A program made the position numbers and the translations under genes. From Acanthaster planci (lineage: Eukaryota), in the NCBI RefSeq assembly GCF_001949145.1, contig NW_019091362.1:1247838-1311837 (forward strand): a stretch of 64,000 nucleotides of DNA, written 5' to 3'. Under the pieces are notes generated by a model. It was not told the DNA's origin. It saw nothing but the letters and a program-made list of their open reading frames with translations, and did no database searches. This document shows, in pieces, positions 25,764 to 40,300 of this stretch (position 1 is the stretch's first letter; every line of letters begins with the position of its first letter).

Positions 25764-25812
25764 GTTTGTTTGTTTGTTTGTTTGTTTGTTTGTTTGTTTG
25801 TTTGTTTGTTTT
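25764..25812. repeat. (GTTT)n microsatellite
   Basis: Direct reading; shorter (AAAC)/(GTTT) runs also at ~26490-26512, ~36283-36310 and ~46128-46152. Confidence 0.95.
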
Positions 25813-26989
25813 TAGCGCTTCGGAAGCTCATAGCAGCGGTAGAAATGTATTAGAGAAGTGATAGGTTCATGCATGTTTTCAGCCTAAGGGCAAGAACAAT
25901 AACCATTACAGCGACGATTTCTTTCAAGCTGAAAGAATCGACGCCTACGTCTGCTCATTTTGGACTGCCTTTATTAAACTTTCAATACCCCTTCTATTTT
26001 ATTTTATAGCGCCCTCTATACTTCTCAAAAAGGATATGAAAACACATTATCTTTTAGAGCGAGTGAGGGAGCAAAACTGATCGCTCAAGCATTGATAAAG
26101 ACATTTTACACCCACACAGAAATCAAGATGGCCCGTCGACTGTTTCACGCTGATATTGCTACCCCTTCCCTGTGGAAAGTCTTTTCTCGTTGTGTTTTAC
26201 TTCTTGAGTGTATTATACCAGTTCATATAAAATACCTTTTAAGGGAGTTTGGGTTCTGGTATGCGAGTTGACAAGACCATAGCGTGGTCAAATAATAAAT
26301 GTAATAATAGTTAGCTTTTAGTATACCAAAGCTTGAATTCTATATAATTTTGTCACGTTTTTGCGCTTCCTTTTAAAATTATCACAGACACAAGGAGCAG
26401 CACGCGATTTTAGACGTCCTCCCACGACAGGATGATATGGGAAAACACACCATCAGGATCCCCATAGAAGGGGGAGGCCTAACAACGAAAAACAAACAAA
26501 CAAACAAACAAACTCCTCACGTTATCATATGGAAAGTCTTCAATAATATCGACCTTTAAACGATTCTATTGATAATGAGCGAATATGAATTACACCCACA
26601 ATACGAGTTTGAAAGAGTCTGATAATCTGCCTCCAATAATTCTAGCAATTAGAAAAAAATGGTTAATTATGGAAGAGGAACACATCATTCCATGGAGGTA
26701 GGAAAAGATAACTTCTGAAATAGTTAACATTAATTTCTTAGTATCTCTAAATCGTAGTAATATGTAGTAAGAACACCAAACAATTGATTTTTGCGTTTGT
26801 TGAAACAGACGTCACTAACTTTGCCTGCACAAAAATAGCATACAATTTTACTGATAATATGTTAATCCGGAACATTTGAAAGGATAAGGTTCACAATGCT
26901 TCGCTTATCTCAGCCTTGGTTAAAGCGACCATATAAAGTGTTGATATGACTCATAAATCTAAGCCGATTATTAGTAATTTCATTATCTA

Positions 26990-28006
26990 AAACCTGACTG
27001 CATGCATGTGTGCATTTGCGCACTAGACGCGTTACGACTGATCTGGACCGGTTGTGTGCGGCGCCTTCAGTTGCCTGGCTGCCAGCAACCAATTGTATTC
27101 CGCATTAAAAATGTTTGGTCAATATGGAACCAGCGCCACAATGCACCGTGACTTCTGAACGACCATGAGCTTTACAGCTGGGGCTGTCGACACCAAACGA
27201 TTGCGGCCGATACGTTGAGCTAGCCGAGTGGTCATCGGACGTGGTCAACAGCTGGTCAAGTCACATTCCCCTCGCTTGCCAGCAGGAAAATGACTCTGAT
27301 CAGATGAATCGGTTTGATCCTTTCACTCGATCGGCGCAGGATACGAGCTGAAAAAAGGGGAGACGAGATAATGGAATGTTGACTTCGTCATCATAACACG
27401 AAAGGGAAATATTTGGTTCGATGACAGATTTGTTCATACGGCGCGGTAGATCCACTTTGAGTGCATGAGGGCTCATGTTGTGTTTTTGCTGTAAAATTTT
27501 GCAGGGGGTGATTCGCAGCTACTCCGCCAGCGCGCAAGTCTGTGGAATATTCTCTTATACCTGGATCAGATTTTGACAACTCGGTGATTTATCTGCGCAG
27601 GTCTGAGCCTGCGCGTGTCTTCGTCAGAAAGGAAATTCCACGAGCTTTAAGTCGGACTTGCCTTTTGATGGAAAAAAAAAATTGCTGTGGAACATATTCG
27701 TGTGGGAAAGCTGTACAAGGACTAAACAGAGTTCGACCCTGAGCCAGAATTTGCATCAGAAGAACGCATTCATTATTCTGTAGCTAAAGCGCTAACAAAG
27801 TAACACTGCATAAATCCGCTCACACGGCAGTGCTTACTCTGGTTCCGAAAAAAAAACCAGACAGTCATGATGGCATGCAATTCTAGGCCTTAATGCTGTA
27901 GCGAAAAGCTAGAGTTGGTGACTTGCCAAAGTATTTAGGGGTTGCTTCGCCGTCACTGTTTCTTGTGTCTGTGGTCATCAAGAGGGACGGTGTGGAAGTA
28001 TTAAAT
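26990..28006 (+). promoter_or_regulatory. CpG-rich putative promoter and long 5' UTR of the Slo-like gene
   Basis: CpG-dense stretch with CCAAT at ~27089, upstream of ATG 28007. TSS not determinable. Confidence 0.4.
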
Positions 28007-28339
28007 ATGTTGAATCATTCGATCAAGCGTTGCTACGGCCCCGAGTGTGAAGACGTGGTGTGTACCGGGCGGTACTGGTGGCTGTTCCTAGCCTCCAGCT
28101 TAGTCACCTTGGCCGTTGGCACCGGCCTGGTGTTTTTGGTTCGGTTTATCACCAGGCTACCCTGCCTGAACCGCCGGCGGCACCACGTGGCAGGGCCCGA
28201 TGGGTCGGGCTGCTGCGCCGGCATCTGCCCCATAAACTTGCTGGAGAAGAACGCCGAGGCCGAGATTCACTCCATAGAAGCGGCTAAGGATTGGGCCACC
28301 AGACTCTTGTCAGCCCAGAGTCGGTTTGGTAGAATTCTG
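28007..28339 (+). CDS. KCNMA1: Slo-like exon 1 (N-terminus, S0, S0-S1 loop)
   Basis: MLNHSIK...[25 protein letters not shown]...[26 protein letters not shown]. Confidence 0.92.
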
Positions 28340-31300
28340 GTAAGTCCATCCATACAAGCAAACACGTTAAGCTAAATTCTCTTCCATTTCGTGTTGGTAT
28401 ATACCCTGAAGTTTGGGAACTCTCGGTTTAAGGTAGACAAACCGAGAGTTCCAAATAATATCTAGTACAATTTCTCTTTAAGTTTGCAGCCCCTTTTTTT
28501 CGTGAGTCCCACATTGGAGTTTTCCTATGAATTTCCCTGTTCTTATACCTCTGCCATTGCAGGCCCCCAAATACTGAACTAAGACTAATTGTATAATTGT
28601 AGTTCTTATCAGGACTCAGAACTTTAAAGATGTGTTCTTGAAATAACATCGATAGTTCCAGACGGTGACGTTCCTTAAAGCGATAGGCCAAGCCAAACAT
28701 TAGTGTTTGAATTTCGATGTCATAAGCAGAGTAAAAATAACGTAACACTCCACTGACTCGCGTCGTTAACTGACATGTACAGAGCGTTTCTACAATCATT
28801 TTTATATTCAGTATGAAAAAACACGATCCCCTGGCTTCGAAACCAATCGTCTCCCAGCTAAAGCAATGACGTCACTTGAATCTTATCACGGTTTAAAGTC
28901 AGCTATGCAACACAGAAATTCATGGAGTTTTGTTCTGAAAACAAACCCCCAAAACAGTTAGAATTATACGTTGGTTGATTAATGGGACAAAGAGTTCATA
29001 GTTTTTGAAATCTCAAGAAATAAGAGTCGGAAAGGAAGACCGAAATGATTTTGTCCATCTTTTACCCCTACATAACCCTTCAATCCAAGTACGTCAAAGT
29101 TTGCCGCAGGTGTTTTCAAGGTGTTCGTGAAACGGCCGATGTCGTCAATTATTAAATCCCATAAGAAGAACCGAGACGAAGGCTAGCTTGCTCATATTAT
29201 TAAAAACTAGACGCGGGAAATCGAGTCGGCGAGGGTTTGTCTGAAGGTAGATTTAACAGGGACACTTTTACCGCCGTTATATATACACAGCTGCCGACAT
29301 CAAACCAAAAAGAACCCGTTGTAGATCATAAGATAGCGCTTGAAGACAGGGTTAGCAGCAGTATTATTTGATGAATCTTCTCAACTACATTAAGTATCTG
29401 CATCGCAAAGGCTTGGGCTTATCGACATATTTACCAAGAGCTTCCAACTAGCTGTCGGGCCTTGAACGCCACAAATACATGTACCGCCTCCTTCCCGCTC
29501 GCCTGATAGCTCCCTTAAAATCCAAGAAACATCAGACCAAAACAAAAGCAATCAAACAAACAAACCTCAACAGGAAAGCTGAAGGTACGAGGTTGAAAAT
29601 CCGAAATTCAGGCTCTCTGGCAATTCACACGAGCGAATTTCTTGGAAAATCTGGTATTTTCAAGTCCAGTTTAGATGTTTACGGTGGCAGGATAATATCA
29701 TCGGCGAGGAATAATCATGACCAAGGTTCGGCAATATTGAGTCTGACTCGGTCCCTCTTTTCCTGCGAGAAGAAATTTAACGATCTAGGCCCGTTCAAAT
29801 TTCAAACGTTTTTAAACATTGGGGTTTGCTTTTTTGGGTGAAACTGTGCAGCTTCTTTCATTTTATGCCTTTCCAGAATTAATTGGATCCAGGATTTTTA
29901 CTGAGGGGGAAAGTTGGAATTTTGGGAAATGTTTTTGCAGACGGGGTTCGGGGTCAATCCCCTTGTTTTTCCTTAACCGTACATGCAAAATGAGATCCTA
30001 CATGGTTTGTTCCTTTTAGTGGGGTCCACTAACCTTGAGACGTAGCTTCCTAAAAACCAAAAATGGCATTGAGTGGTGAGGTGGATAGTGACCCCAAACC
30101 TTCCTCTGAATCTGCGACTCCAGCTCTGTTCTTTAAATGTTAAAGCCTCGCTACGTTTACGGCGAAACGCATTCTGCTATGCATCTTACCTTTAATCAAA
30201 TCAGACAAACCTCCGTAGAGCTTGATCACTGTCAGTTTTGCTTTGTCTTGTTTTGTATTGTTTGATTAAGAGACTTCTTACAGACTGAACAGAACAGTTT
30301 GCTTCTTTTATCGCTTATGATCTTCCCTTTTGACACAGCGACGGCATCAATCTTAACATTTTTACTGTGTGAAGAAGTACAAGCATATTATTTTTTTTTG
30401 CCAAAAGTAATACGCAGAATGCATAGACATAAGGGTTTACTGGGAACACGCGGGATGGCGGCCTTTTTTTATGGACCCCGTTCGGTCGGAGCACCTTCTA
30501 ATTATCTGGGCACTTTGGATTTGATATCAATTCCATCAAGAGGCCTTATCACACCTCTTCCTCCCGCCGTGGCCTTTCGGTGCCCGGAATATTCAGCAGG
30601 CTGGAAATGGTGTTTGGCAACTAAGGAGGTGTTGACCAAATATTTCATACGGAGTTTAAAGAAATGAATGGGAGAAACTATGGTACATTCTAGAGTGTTT
30701 GGTATACAAATTGAACGAATGGTATTAACTGATAAAGATATCATTGAAATAGTGTTGCGCAGTTGAATACATTTTGTTTAGGCCTGATATCTACAGGCCA
30801 GTGCTATACATTCACATGTAATTGCTGAATATACCTCTTCGTCTGAGTTAAGCACACGATAGTTTTGCGAAGCGCACCAAACGGGAGCTTGAGCCCTCAA
30901 ATAGGCCTAGTGTTTCTGTTTTATATTAAAAACACATTCTGAAAAACGAAGACATAAGATGGCCTAAGTTATCCAACATCTTTAGATATCTTCTGATACA
31001 GCCGTACATTCCAGTCCCTCTTGGCGCAAAGAGAGTGAGGAAGGCGAGGGGCTTCATGAGCCATTTTTTAGGGGGGAGGGGGCTTCGGTCCGAACCCCCC
31101 CCCACACACACACCCACACAATCATGGCAAATCTTGGGCGAAACACTGTGTAATATAAGGGGGGGATTCCCGGCCATGCAGGTTCATTATAGGCCTATTT
31201 GCACCTCTCGCTCAGCAACCATTCAAAGTATAGTGTGTATATAAATGTTTAGAGGCCTGTTTGCGGGGGAGGGAAGGAGTCGCATAAACAAGCTTGAGTT

Positions 31301-34300
31301 GTGCTCAGCCAGACTTAAAGGAGTCTTACACATGCAGATCTCTGCAGGAGACGTTCTTAATATCTTCCTCGTCAGTGTCCACCTTGGATAATAATGAAGT
31401 GGAACTCGTGAGGGAGATCTTAGCAGGATAACTGGTGTCGTGATTTGAAGTTCACGTTGGTTTCTTGGATGCTACTCTAAACAAAATTTACATCGCCTAC
31501 ATGGATGTATTACCAACGTACCATTCAATTACGATGAATGAAAACTTTGTCGTCGCTGTAATTTTGCTCCCTTTACAATGAATGGGATTTCATAACTGAA
31601 GTAAACATTTGTTCTGAGCTTCTTGTTGAACTCATTTATTTAAAAACTTCCCGTAAGGAGACTAATCTTATAATCCAAAATGTTTATGATGGCATAGCAC
31701 AACTCCAGGTTATTGCCGATAAAGACTGTTAGAATGTAACACTCAGTTGTCAGTTCTGAGTAGACAGAACAGGTAGGCACGTTCTTACGGGGCGACAGTT
31801 CTTCTTCTCGCTTGGGCAAGGGGCATCCGAGTGCATCTAATAATACGAAGGTTATTGCATGCATTTATCATGGCCACCACGTAGCAACGCGTAATACAAT
31901 GCATATCCTTCAAGAAAAAATGCGCTGGCGGGCACCACTCTAGCAATATTCATAATGACAACCAACACGGCCCACTTTAATTAATTTCATGTGAAGTGCG
32001 CCCCGTGCGAATGCCATATGATCCGACAGCCGCAAGGGACTCTTCACGTCTCCGTACGAATACAGTGATATCCTTGTGAATTATGACCAGCGCTTTGCCA
32101 CGTGAGCAAAGGACGCGTGTTGATATACACGACCTTGACGGGACAAAATCTCTGTCCCCCTCTGCTATTCAATGTTGAAACGAGCACTGATCGTAAAGAC
32201 AAATGAACGTTACATAAATGACCACACCGAAAGAGGATCTGTTCGAACATGGCTCGATATGGCTGACCCTTTTGTTTGATTTTTTGTTCATTAGCAAAAT
32301 AACTCATCACAATTTATGTGTTAACATTCATTTCATCAAGCGGTGTATGTGTTGTTTCTTTTTTATACGAGACAGACTATTTTACTGAAACTAAAGGTTT
32401 GGAATAACAGTCGGGGAATTATTGCAGTGATTCATTATGATAAGGCCTAATATTTCATAGGTTATCCCGACCCCATTTAATAGATTTGGCAGCCAATTAA
32501 GTCCCACAGTATGGACTGTCCTTTCCATGTTTTGCGTGATTTTGAACGCACATACAGTTCAATTTTCAGTTAACTGAAGATATCTCATATAGGCCTATAC
32601 CTGATGACAAAAATTAACTATGCCATATTTAAAGAGTCTTTGAAATTAAAATTGCGTGCTTGGCTATTCAACCCGATACTGCAAGCCACGTGTAAGATGG
32701 GTATAGTTGGACTCCACCAGTAAGAAATTGTGTGCAAAATGCAAGCAAAGAATTCGGTCCGCGTTTCTCTCAGTCATAAGAATTACAATGGACATAGTTT
32801 CGATATTACCAATGCTTAACGCATAAGAACTGTTTATCAAAAGTTTTGTCTCTTTTTCTTATTTCCTACAGCTTGACAGTATAGAGTATTTGTATGATAA
32901 CAAAATAACGCATTTAAGGATGAAAAGCAGGCATAAGACTGAAATGAGTGATAAAGAGATATGAGTGAACCAAGATCATACTAAACAAAAGATTTAAGAC
33001 GAAAAGGGCACAAGAGGATTATTAAAGTGTAAGTATAGTGTAATTCGAGAATTATTTACAAATTGTTACTATTTACATTGAAGAGTTTTGCTTTCATTTA
33101 TAGTTTCATATTTTGAATCTCAAGTATCTTTGACGTCAAGTTTTAGTTAATGAAATAAGTCAGATACGTTTAAGGGCAGAGTTCAGTCAAACTGAAGTGA
33201 AATTATTTTCTTAAAGGCCAATTTGAGAAAAAAGTTGTAAATTGTCAAGTATTAGATATATAAATTACAGAATATGACACGCATGGAAATGAAATGAACA
33301 TTGCATGCAAACAACCTTTGTAACCCTAATAATCATTCCGTCAAACGACCGCTTAAAACGAATGTCGTAACTCCGAATTAGGATGTGAAAACCTTAAAAT
33401 GTTACATATGAAAAAGACTCCACATAAACCACAAGAACAACCGCAAGGAACAAATTTGCTTTAGTTTAGCCACTTGAAGATGACTTTGCTATATTGTAAC
33501 GACAAATTTGTTAATTTATCGCGGAAATAACGCATTCACTGGTTTTCTTGTTCACAGCTGACGTGGCTCAAGAGTCATTCCTTTAGTACCGTACTGTGAA
33601 TTTGACAATGCAGTTAAGGGTAATCTTTCTAGTAACTGAAAGGAACACGCTCAATTTTTTTGAGCTCGCGATCGGGAAGATATACGTCAAAATTTGCAAG
33701 TACGCTCTTTTCAAATTAATGATATTGGCCTACCTTTAGCAATGCTCGAGTATTCCCATAGTTTTTTTTTTCTCAACGAATACAAACTTAATGTTTAGTA
33801 ACCTAGCCTGTAGAGGAGATGATAAGTTTCAGAAAAATGATTTTAAAAATATGTGTGTACAATCCCACCCGGTAGTTCGTATCTTTTGATTAAAAACAGC
33901 GACTTTTTAAAAATTATTTCCAAGGACATGAGAATAAGGTCATTAGGCCTCTGATTTGGGATTTCACGGGGAAGGACCCTTGAGCTTTCTGTATGATGAT
34001 GACCGATTCAGCGGTGTCACTTGATGTCACATTATAGAGTGGCGATGACGTCTAACGCCTGCATGACGTTGAAGGTCACTGTCACCAATGGTGTGTGAAT
34101 TATACCTTTGAATATTTATGGCATGGCAATTATCTTTATGTTAAGAGACTTACTATATTGTGGAATTCATGTTTGTAAAAATGACTTAATTGCCAGTGAT
34201 ATGGAAAGGAAAAAAAAGAAATCTGTAATAAAAATATCTTCAACTACAGCGGGATATATTTTATTTACATGGCGTGCACTGTCTACTTAATTCAAAATTA

Positions 34301-37300
34301 TTTTTTGGGGGGATATTTTTGCTCATGGTTTTGTTTTGTGGTGACTCTTAGCTGTACAGAAATGACGTCATTACAGTGAATGCTTCCGTTTCAATGATTT
34401 TTTTATAATCCGGTATCTAACATAGATTCATCGTTGATAAGCAGATGTAAAATTTGATAGGGCCTACTTTAGTAATGACATAGAAAACCCGTAACGAACA
34501 TCATTACTGCATGTCCTTTTCAAACCAAAGACATTTGTCACAAATAGGAATACTGTAAATGCATCCGCACAGCAGTCCCACTCTGTATTTACAAATTGGG
34601 TGTAATTATTTACTCTGCCATTTCGCTGTATAAGAAATCGGTTTAGCCGATGTGTGCGGTCACGGCTCTCCTGCAGCCACGCTCCATGTGCATTACGAAT
34701 TAGCGCCCATGTCCGGCCGTGCCATCTCATAGCAACGACAGCCGGAGTCGTGAGACGAGCCGGCAAAGTGGAAGGCCGCGACTTTCAGGCCGATCCGTTG
34801 TGATACGACCCGCCCACAAGGTCACGCTGTGTCTTCGCCGGATCGAGGGTCTGGCTGGATTAACTATGGAGCTATGGATTAACTTACATGTAGTATCGAG
34901 GGTGAATAGTCATGGCACCTAACGATTAGCAGTGGCGAATAACCGGGAGGAGGGGGGTTGAAGACACGCCCCCGTTCCCGCTCAAGATTTGACCCCTTCT
35001 GCATGCTCCTGTACTCGAAGTTAAAAATATTTGAAGTGTTTCAAAACACGATGTAAAAAGCCACCCAATGCTTCCTCAAAATTGGATTGCTGCTGTCTTC
35101 TGCGACAATAAAGTTAGATTTAAACTAGAATATGCTTGTATGTATTTCTAATTGTTGTTTCTGTGGCAGTAAGGAGCCATAATTAAGATCACAGATATAT
35201 TAAAATAAACGTAACTTTCCTCGCTGATCGTCTGAGGCAAGGCCTCTTCAAATCCAATGACAAGTCGTTTGTTCGTTAGCTGTGTTAAGTTCCAACAGGA
35301 GGATTTGCGTCATTCAAGATTTGATGTAGTGAAGGATTGTTCTTTCTAAAATTATTTAAACTTATCCTAAAAGTTCTCGATTTTAATGTAATTCTTCACA
35401 CACAAAGGGGGTAAGGGTGGTAAGGGCACTAGGATCCGTGGTGTGGAAACTGTTTGCATATAGTGAAGAAACAGCAAATTCACTTACTACTGGTGTGCTT
35501 CTTTAGATAAAATACTCATTTGACCTTGACACTTTTTAAGTAACTTATTAGTAATCATCGCGAAATGTGAGTACTCGAAGCAATAATTTGTCAGAGGACC
35601 TCATAAATGGTTGCAAAATCAATGGACTCCATGTTGCCAGTCCTCTCTCTAAATTTAGGCTCAGTCATGTTTTCCTGCATGAGAAACAACAATCAAATAC
35701 TATAGCTGTATAATGTTTTGAAAAAAAAAAACCACATAAACACACACAGCAAATGATACGCCTGCACACCCACACAGCTACACTGTAATTACTAATATTT
35801 ATCTCTCTGGATGATAACTGATTATTTCGCTATAGGAATCTGTCTAATCGCAGCGTATAGTTTATACTGGGTTTAACCATGGTTCGGCTGTTAGTTTACA
35901 GTTGAAGGCGTTTTCTCCAATACTGAAGTCGCCCATATCGAGCACAGCATTTATTTCAATATGCTGCTAGGACACAAAATGTTCAACCTTGCCAATGGAT
36001 TTAATTTAATGTGGACACCTGGCCCTCTTTACCTGAGGAATGGTCGTCGAACAGTGAGTACCCCGCAACCAATGGTCTATATGAAACCAAAATTAGAGAG
36101 AGGCTGGCATAAGACGGACTTTAATGTTTGAACTGCCATGTAAATTGCAGTTTTTCCACTTAACAACACATCAAATAGGATACTATCATCCACATATTGG
36201 TACGCGTCGGGGCGGTATGGACAGATTGACTCTAACATTTCATGCACAGGGAAAGATAAAAGATAAAGCAATTTGTCAAGGTTTTGTTTGTTTGTTTGTT
36301 TGTTTGTTTTGAATATTCTTGAGTAATAATTGATCAGTGTCCATTCAGTGTCTCCATTTGGTATTCTACCAAGCCCGGAAAACATTTTCATTCACTACTG
36401 CCGGTGTTATAGCATGCTCAACACAGACAGATTTGCTGTGAACTTAATCCGAATTTTCTCTGGGATGGAGCGCTTTTCAATTGCCCGGCGTGTCGATGTC
36501 CCGGGTATATACCGCAAAGACGTAGTAAATTTAAAAATACTCTTGGTTTAATCGTGTTTGACCACTGTTTGGTCCGATTCTGGGCTTGTATACACAACAG
36601 TGTCAAATCAACATTATTGTACACGGAACAGCACTCTCGTGTTGTCAAGTTGGTATGTTTGGTCATGCTTTCATGTGACAGCCGGTGTGTGCATTTTTTT
36701 GCTAAAAGGGATTCAGGAAACATTAGCATGTATATGGCTTTGCAGCGGCTTGGACAGAGCGATAGGAAAAAAAATCTCGTCTATCATTCTGAAGGTATAC
36801 AGCTAGTTGGCATTTCTCAGCATACTTGGTAAGACGAGAATTCAGCTTCCTCCTCGGCCGCTGTCGCGGATTAACAACATTAAATAAATCAAGGAGGCCT
36901 GGAAGTCTGCTTGTGTCCTCTGACAACCTTGCCGATGGTTTGTAATCCATTTCCCTTCTACATTGCCAGAGTGTTGGGTGTGTGTGCGCGCGTCGGCGGG
37001 AACCAGACGAGCAACCTCCAATTATCGGTGCCGCCGCCGCGTTTCCGCTTGACAGCCAGCAATAATATCGTATACCGACTTGCTCCAGTGGTTCACGCGT
37101 ACACTGTACACGGGGAAACTGGAGCAAACCTGCCCATGGGCGACTCTTGCTTTTCCCCGGTAGACAGCACCTTGGGAGTGCAGGATGTTTTTCGTCCGGG
37201 GAAATATCCAGATTGAGGCAGGATTGAACTGTGCCCGGCAAGAGGGGAAGACGAAAGGGTGGGAAGTCGGGAGAGACTTCAAGAACATTAAGTGGTGCTC

Positions 37301-40300
37301 AGATTTTTTTTTTCATGGGGAGGGCACATTACCAAGGAAACCCTACGGGCAATTCTTGAAATTCGCTATTGCAGTGTGTTTTCTTTACTTTTCTCTTGAA
37401 AGTATGGAAACTAAAATTGAAGGAAAACCTGTCATAAACATATACCTTATATGCACTCTTTAGGCCTAAGCTTAGCTTTATGACTAATTTTACAAGCGGT
37501 CACATTCCATGTTGAGATTATTCTGCACTGAGATTAGCTGTGGGCCTACGAACGTCTACCTAGTTGGAAGCTTTCTCAAACTTGAAAATTCAAAGAGAGG
37601 CACCACAACTTTAAAACAAAATATGCTTATGGCGTATCTTTCGTCGGTCCCCTAATTTTTGTAGGTTTGAGGCACAGTGCTCAATGTGCGTACCAGATAA
37701 AACGGCCTCGTCAAAACCGGGCAAGAGAGGCGAGCAGAAGTAATGGGCAGGGCGCGGAGGATAGCTTAACAAGTCTCCATAACAACATGATTGCTGTAGC
37801 TGATTTCTTCCCGTATGGAATATTGCATTGGCTTTGGGTGACCCCTGTGTACTCTGTGCCGTCTAGTCATTGCACGTATTCGTTTTGTCGTGTTCGGTGG
37901 AACGTTGCTTTGATTAAAATCAAGTCTGGGATCATGTGTATTCGGACAGGTGCGTCGCTCATGCTCTATGAAAATCTATACTCCTATTCAAATTCTCACT
38001 AGCGCAAAAATGAGCTTTCTTCCATATTGCAACTACATACAGAAGAAGTTTCTTAAAGGGAGGGGTGGAAGTCAAAATAGCAATTAACGAGTATTCAAGT
38101 AAAAAGAAAAATTGAACTAACAGAAATAGATTAAAATGCAAAAAGCCATAAAGTGGGAAAAGAAAGCAAAACCAAAGCTAGTAGAAAAAGCAATGGAAAA
38201 TAAACTTTACAGGTAATCAATTAACATTACCAGCCAACCGACCCGAACCAGCAAAATGAACAAATTAACATTGACCGACTGATAGATCGAATGACCAAGC
38301 AGCCTTAACCAAATCAAAGCGTCAGGGTTTTTCCCGAAAGATCTCTGTGGAAGGGTGCCGACATTGCTTGATATATTAATAAGTTCCCCAAGCTTCTCCC
38401 CCTAGAGGACAGGCACCACATATCATGCCTATGGCGCGACAGCAGACCCAAGGGTCGGGGAGGCATTCATTACACTTCGGTAATTGGGTTGTCGTCTCTT
38501 GAACTGAAACATTGCCGTCATCTTGCCACATCGTTCCCTCCATGGAAAATAATCTGATAACCTTAAGCTCAATGAGACGTCGTTATCCTTCATTGTCACA
38601 CTGTAATTACCGGGCTGGCGATATTAAAGTTGGTTTGTGCTTTGACTGATCGGTTTAGTCAGTTGTTTCAGTCTGATTCTGTTCGCAGTCGTAAATGTCC
38701 TTATATTTATCTGCATTCATGGCCATAGATATGGGTGCTTTGTGGCAAAACCCATCATCGTTGGGATCGAAGTCTTTCTGTATTATTTTAAGAAGAAACT
38801 AGTGTGCTCCCCTTTAGAAATATCCTCATAATTAATTCATTTACGCTGCTAGTTTTAAACGGTCTATCAAATAAAGACATCTTGAAATTGCAGTGCTTGA
38901 CTGTTTTCATGAATGCGCTTATGCATCATAAGGTTAGGGATAGGAGTTATTTTAATTGCTAACTTTTGGCCAATGAGAGCATCAATTAACATTCAGCCAC
39001 CAAATTTTCCCTCGCACACACTTTGACGTCGGAGGAAAATGCTGGGGTCGAATCCTGTGGTGGCTGGCAATAGTACATGTGCCAATAGGAACCACTTCTC
39101 AGTGGATGCTGCCACTTCCCGCAGATGCACGTGTTAATCTCAGCATGATCCCAGCCGTAGCCAAATAAGCCAAGTAAACCTGCATATACTGAAACAAATG
39201 GCCGTGAGCACCTGCAACCACCGATGGCCGACGCGGCCTATCTCCCTGCTACACTCTAAATTCCAAAGAGTGAGAATTTACTCTATTCGAGTGAAAATTC
39301 AATCCCTCCGATTGAAATTAAGGACCAAACGAAATGGAGCAAAATTTTTTGTCTCTCTTATGGTTGCTTTGGTAGCAGATTGCTTCCAAAGACACTTAGA
39401 AATGACTCAAAAACGACACGATAGAGATGGTTTATTGAAATACTAAAGGACACATCCAAGATATAAGGCATGGGCTATGTGTATTCTCTCGGTCACTCGC
39501 GTCTGGGCAAAGGGGCAATCCTCCGTTCACTTTGTACAGGGATTTGCATGTTTTCCACATTTTTTGCTGCAATGTGATAAAAAATAACTGTAAACTTTTT
39601 CGGCACAGTGTGGTAGATATTCATAGTGTATAACCAGTGAAATTTCAGGTATATTTGATGTAAAGAGTTTAGTCGATAATTCAGATTTTCCCCATAGACC
39701 ACATTACTATTTTTAACCCTGAGTCCAAAGTGTGAAATATGGAACAGCCACCAACTGACCAATCAGAGAGAAGTACCAAGGATCAGTGATGTCATCCTGA
39801 CTGTGAGGGGTGCAGACCACTAATTCAAGTGAGGATTTCTGGCCAGCTCATTAGCATTAAAAGTGCCCCCACAGTATCTTTTGAAAAAAGAGATTGTTTG
39901 AGCTTTCATATGAGNAAAAATGGCTGCAATCAGACTTTGGAAAAATTATTTGTTGGGGGGTGATTTTGTTTTGTGGGAATAATTAAAAATTTAATTGGCT
40001 AACTTACAAAAAATTGAAAAGAAATTGAAAGCTAAGTGACTAGACAAGAATTTCAGTTGTATTTCAGAAATCTCAGGGATGTTGGCACACATGTTATTGG
40101 GCCCTGAACAGTGATGATTTTACACTATTTTCAATGGGGCTTGAATTAGTGGACTGGACCCTCAGAATGGAAATGACTTAGGCTAGCCCCAGACTGGAGC
40201 CAGTACTAGATGATGGCCCCAGTCATGACTCGACTAGCAGAAGCATGATATCCAAAGACCAAGCGAAGACTACGCAAGACAATTTGAGTTGAGTTCATGT

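Noticed and set aside
27923..28006. N-terminal extension of Slo exon 1 in the ORF track
   Set aside because: It starts at TTG (a bacterial-style start call); the first ATG in frame is 28007.
36723..37241. 172-aa - strand ORF
   Set aside because: No recognisable domain; explained by local GC richness.
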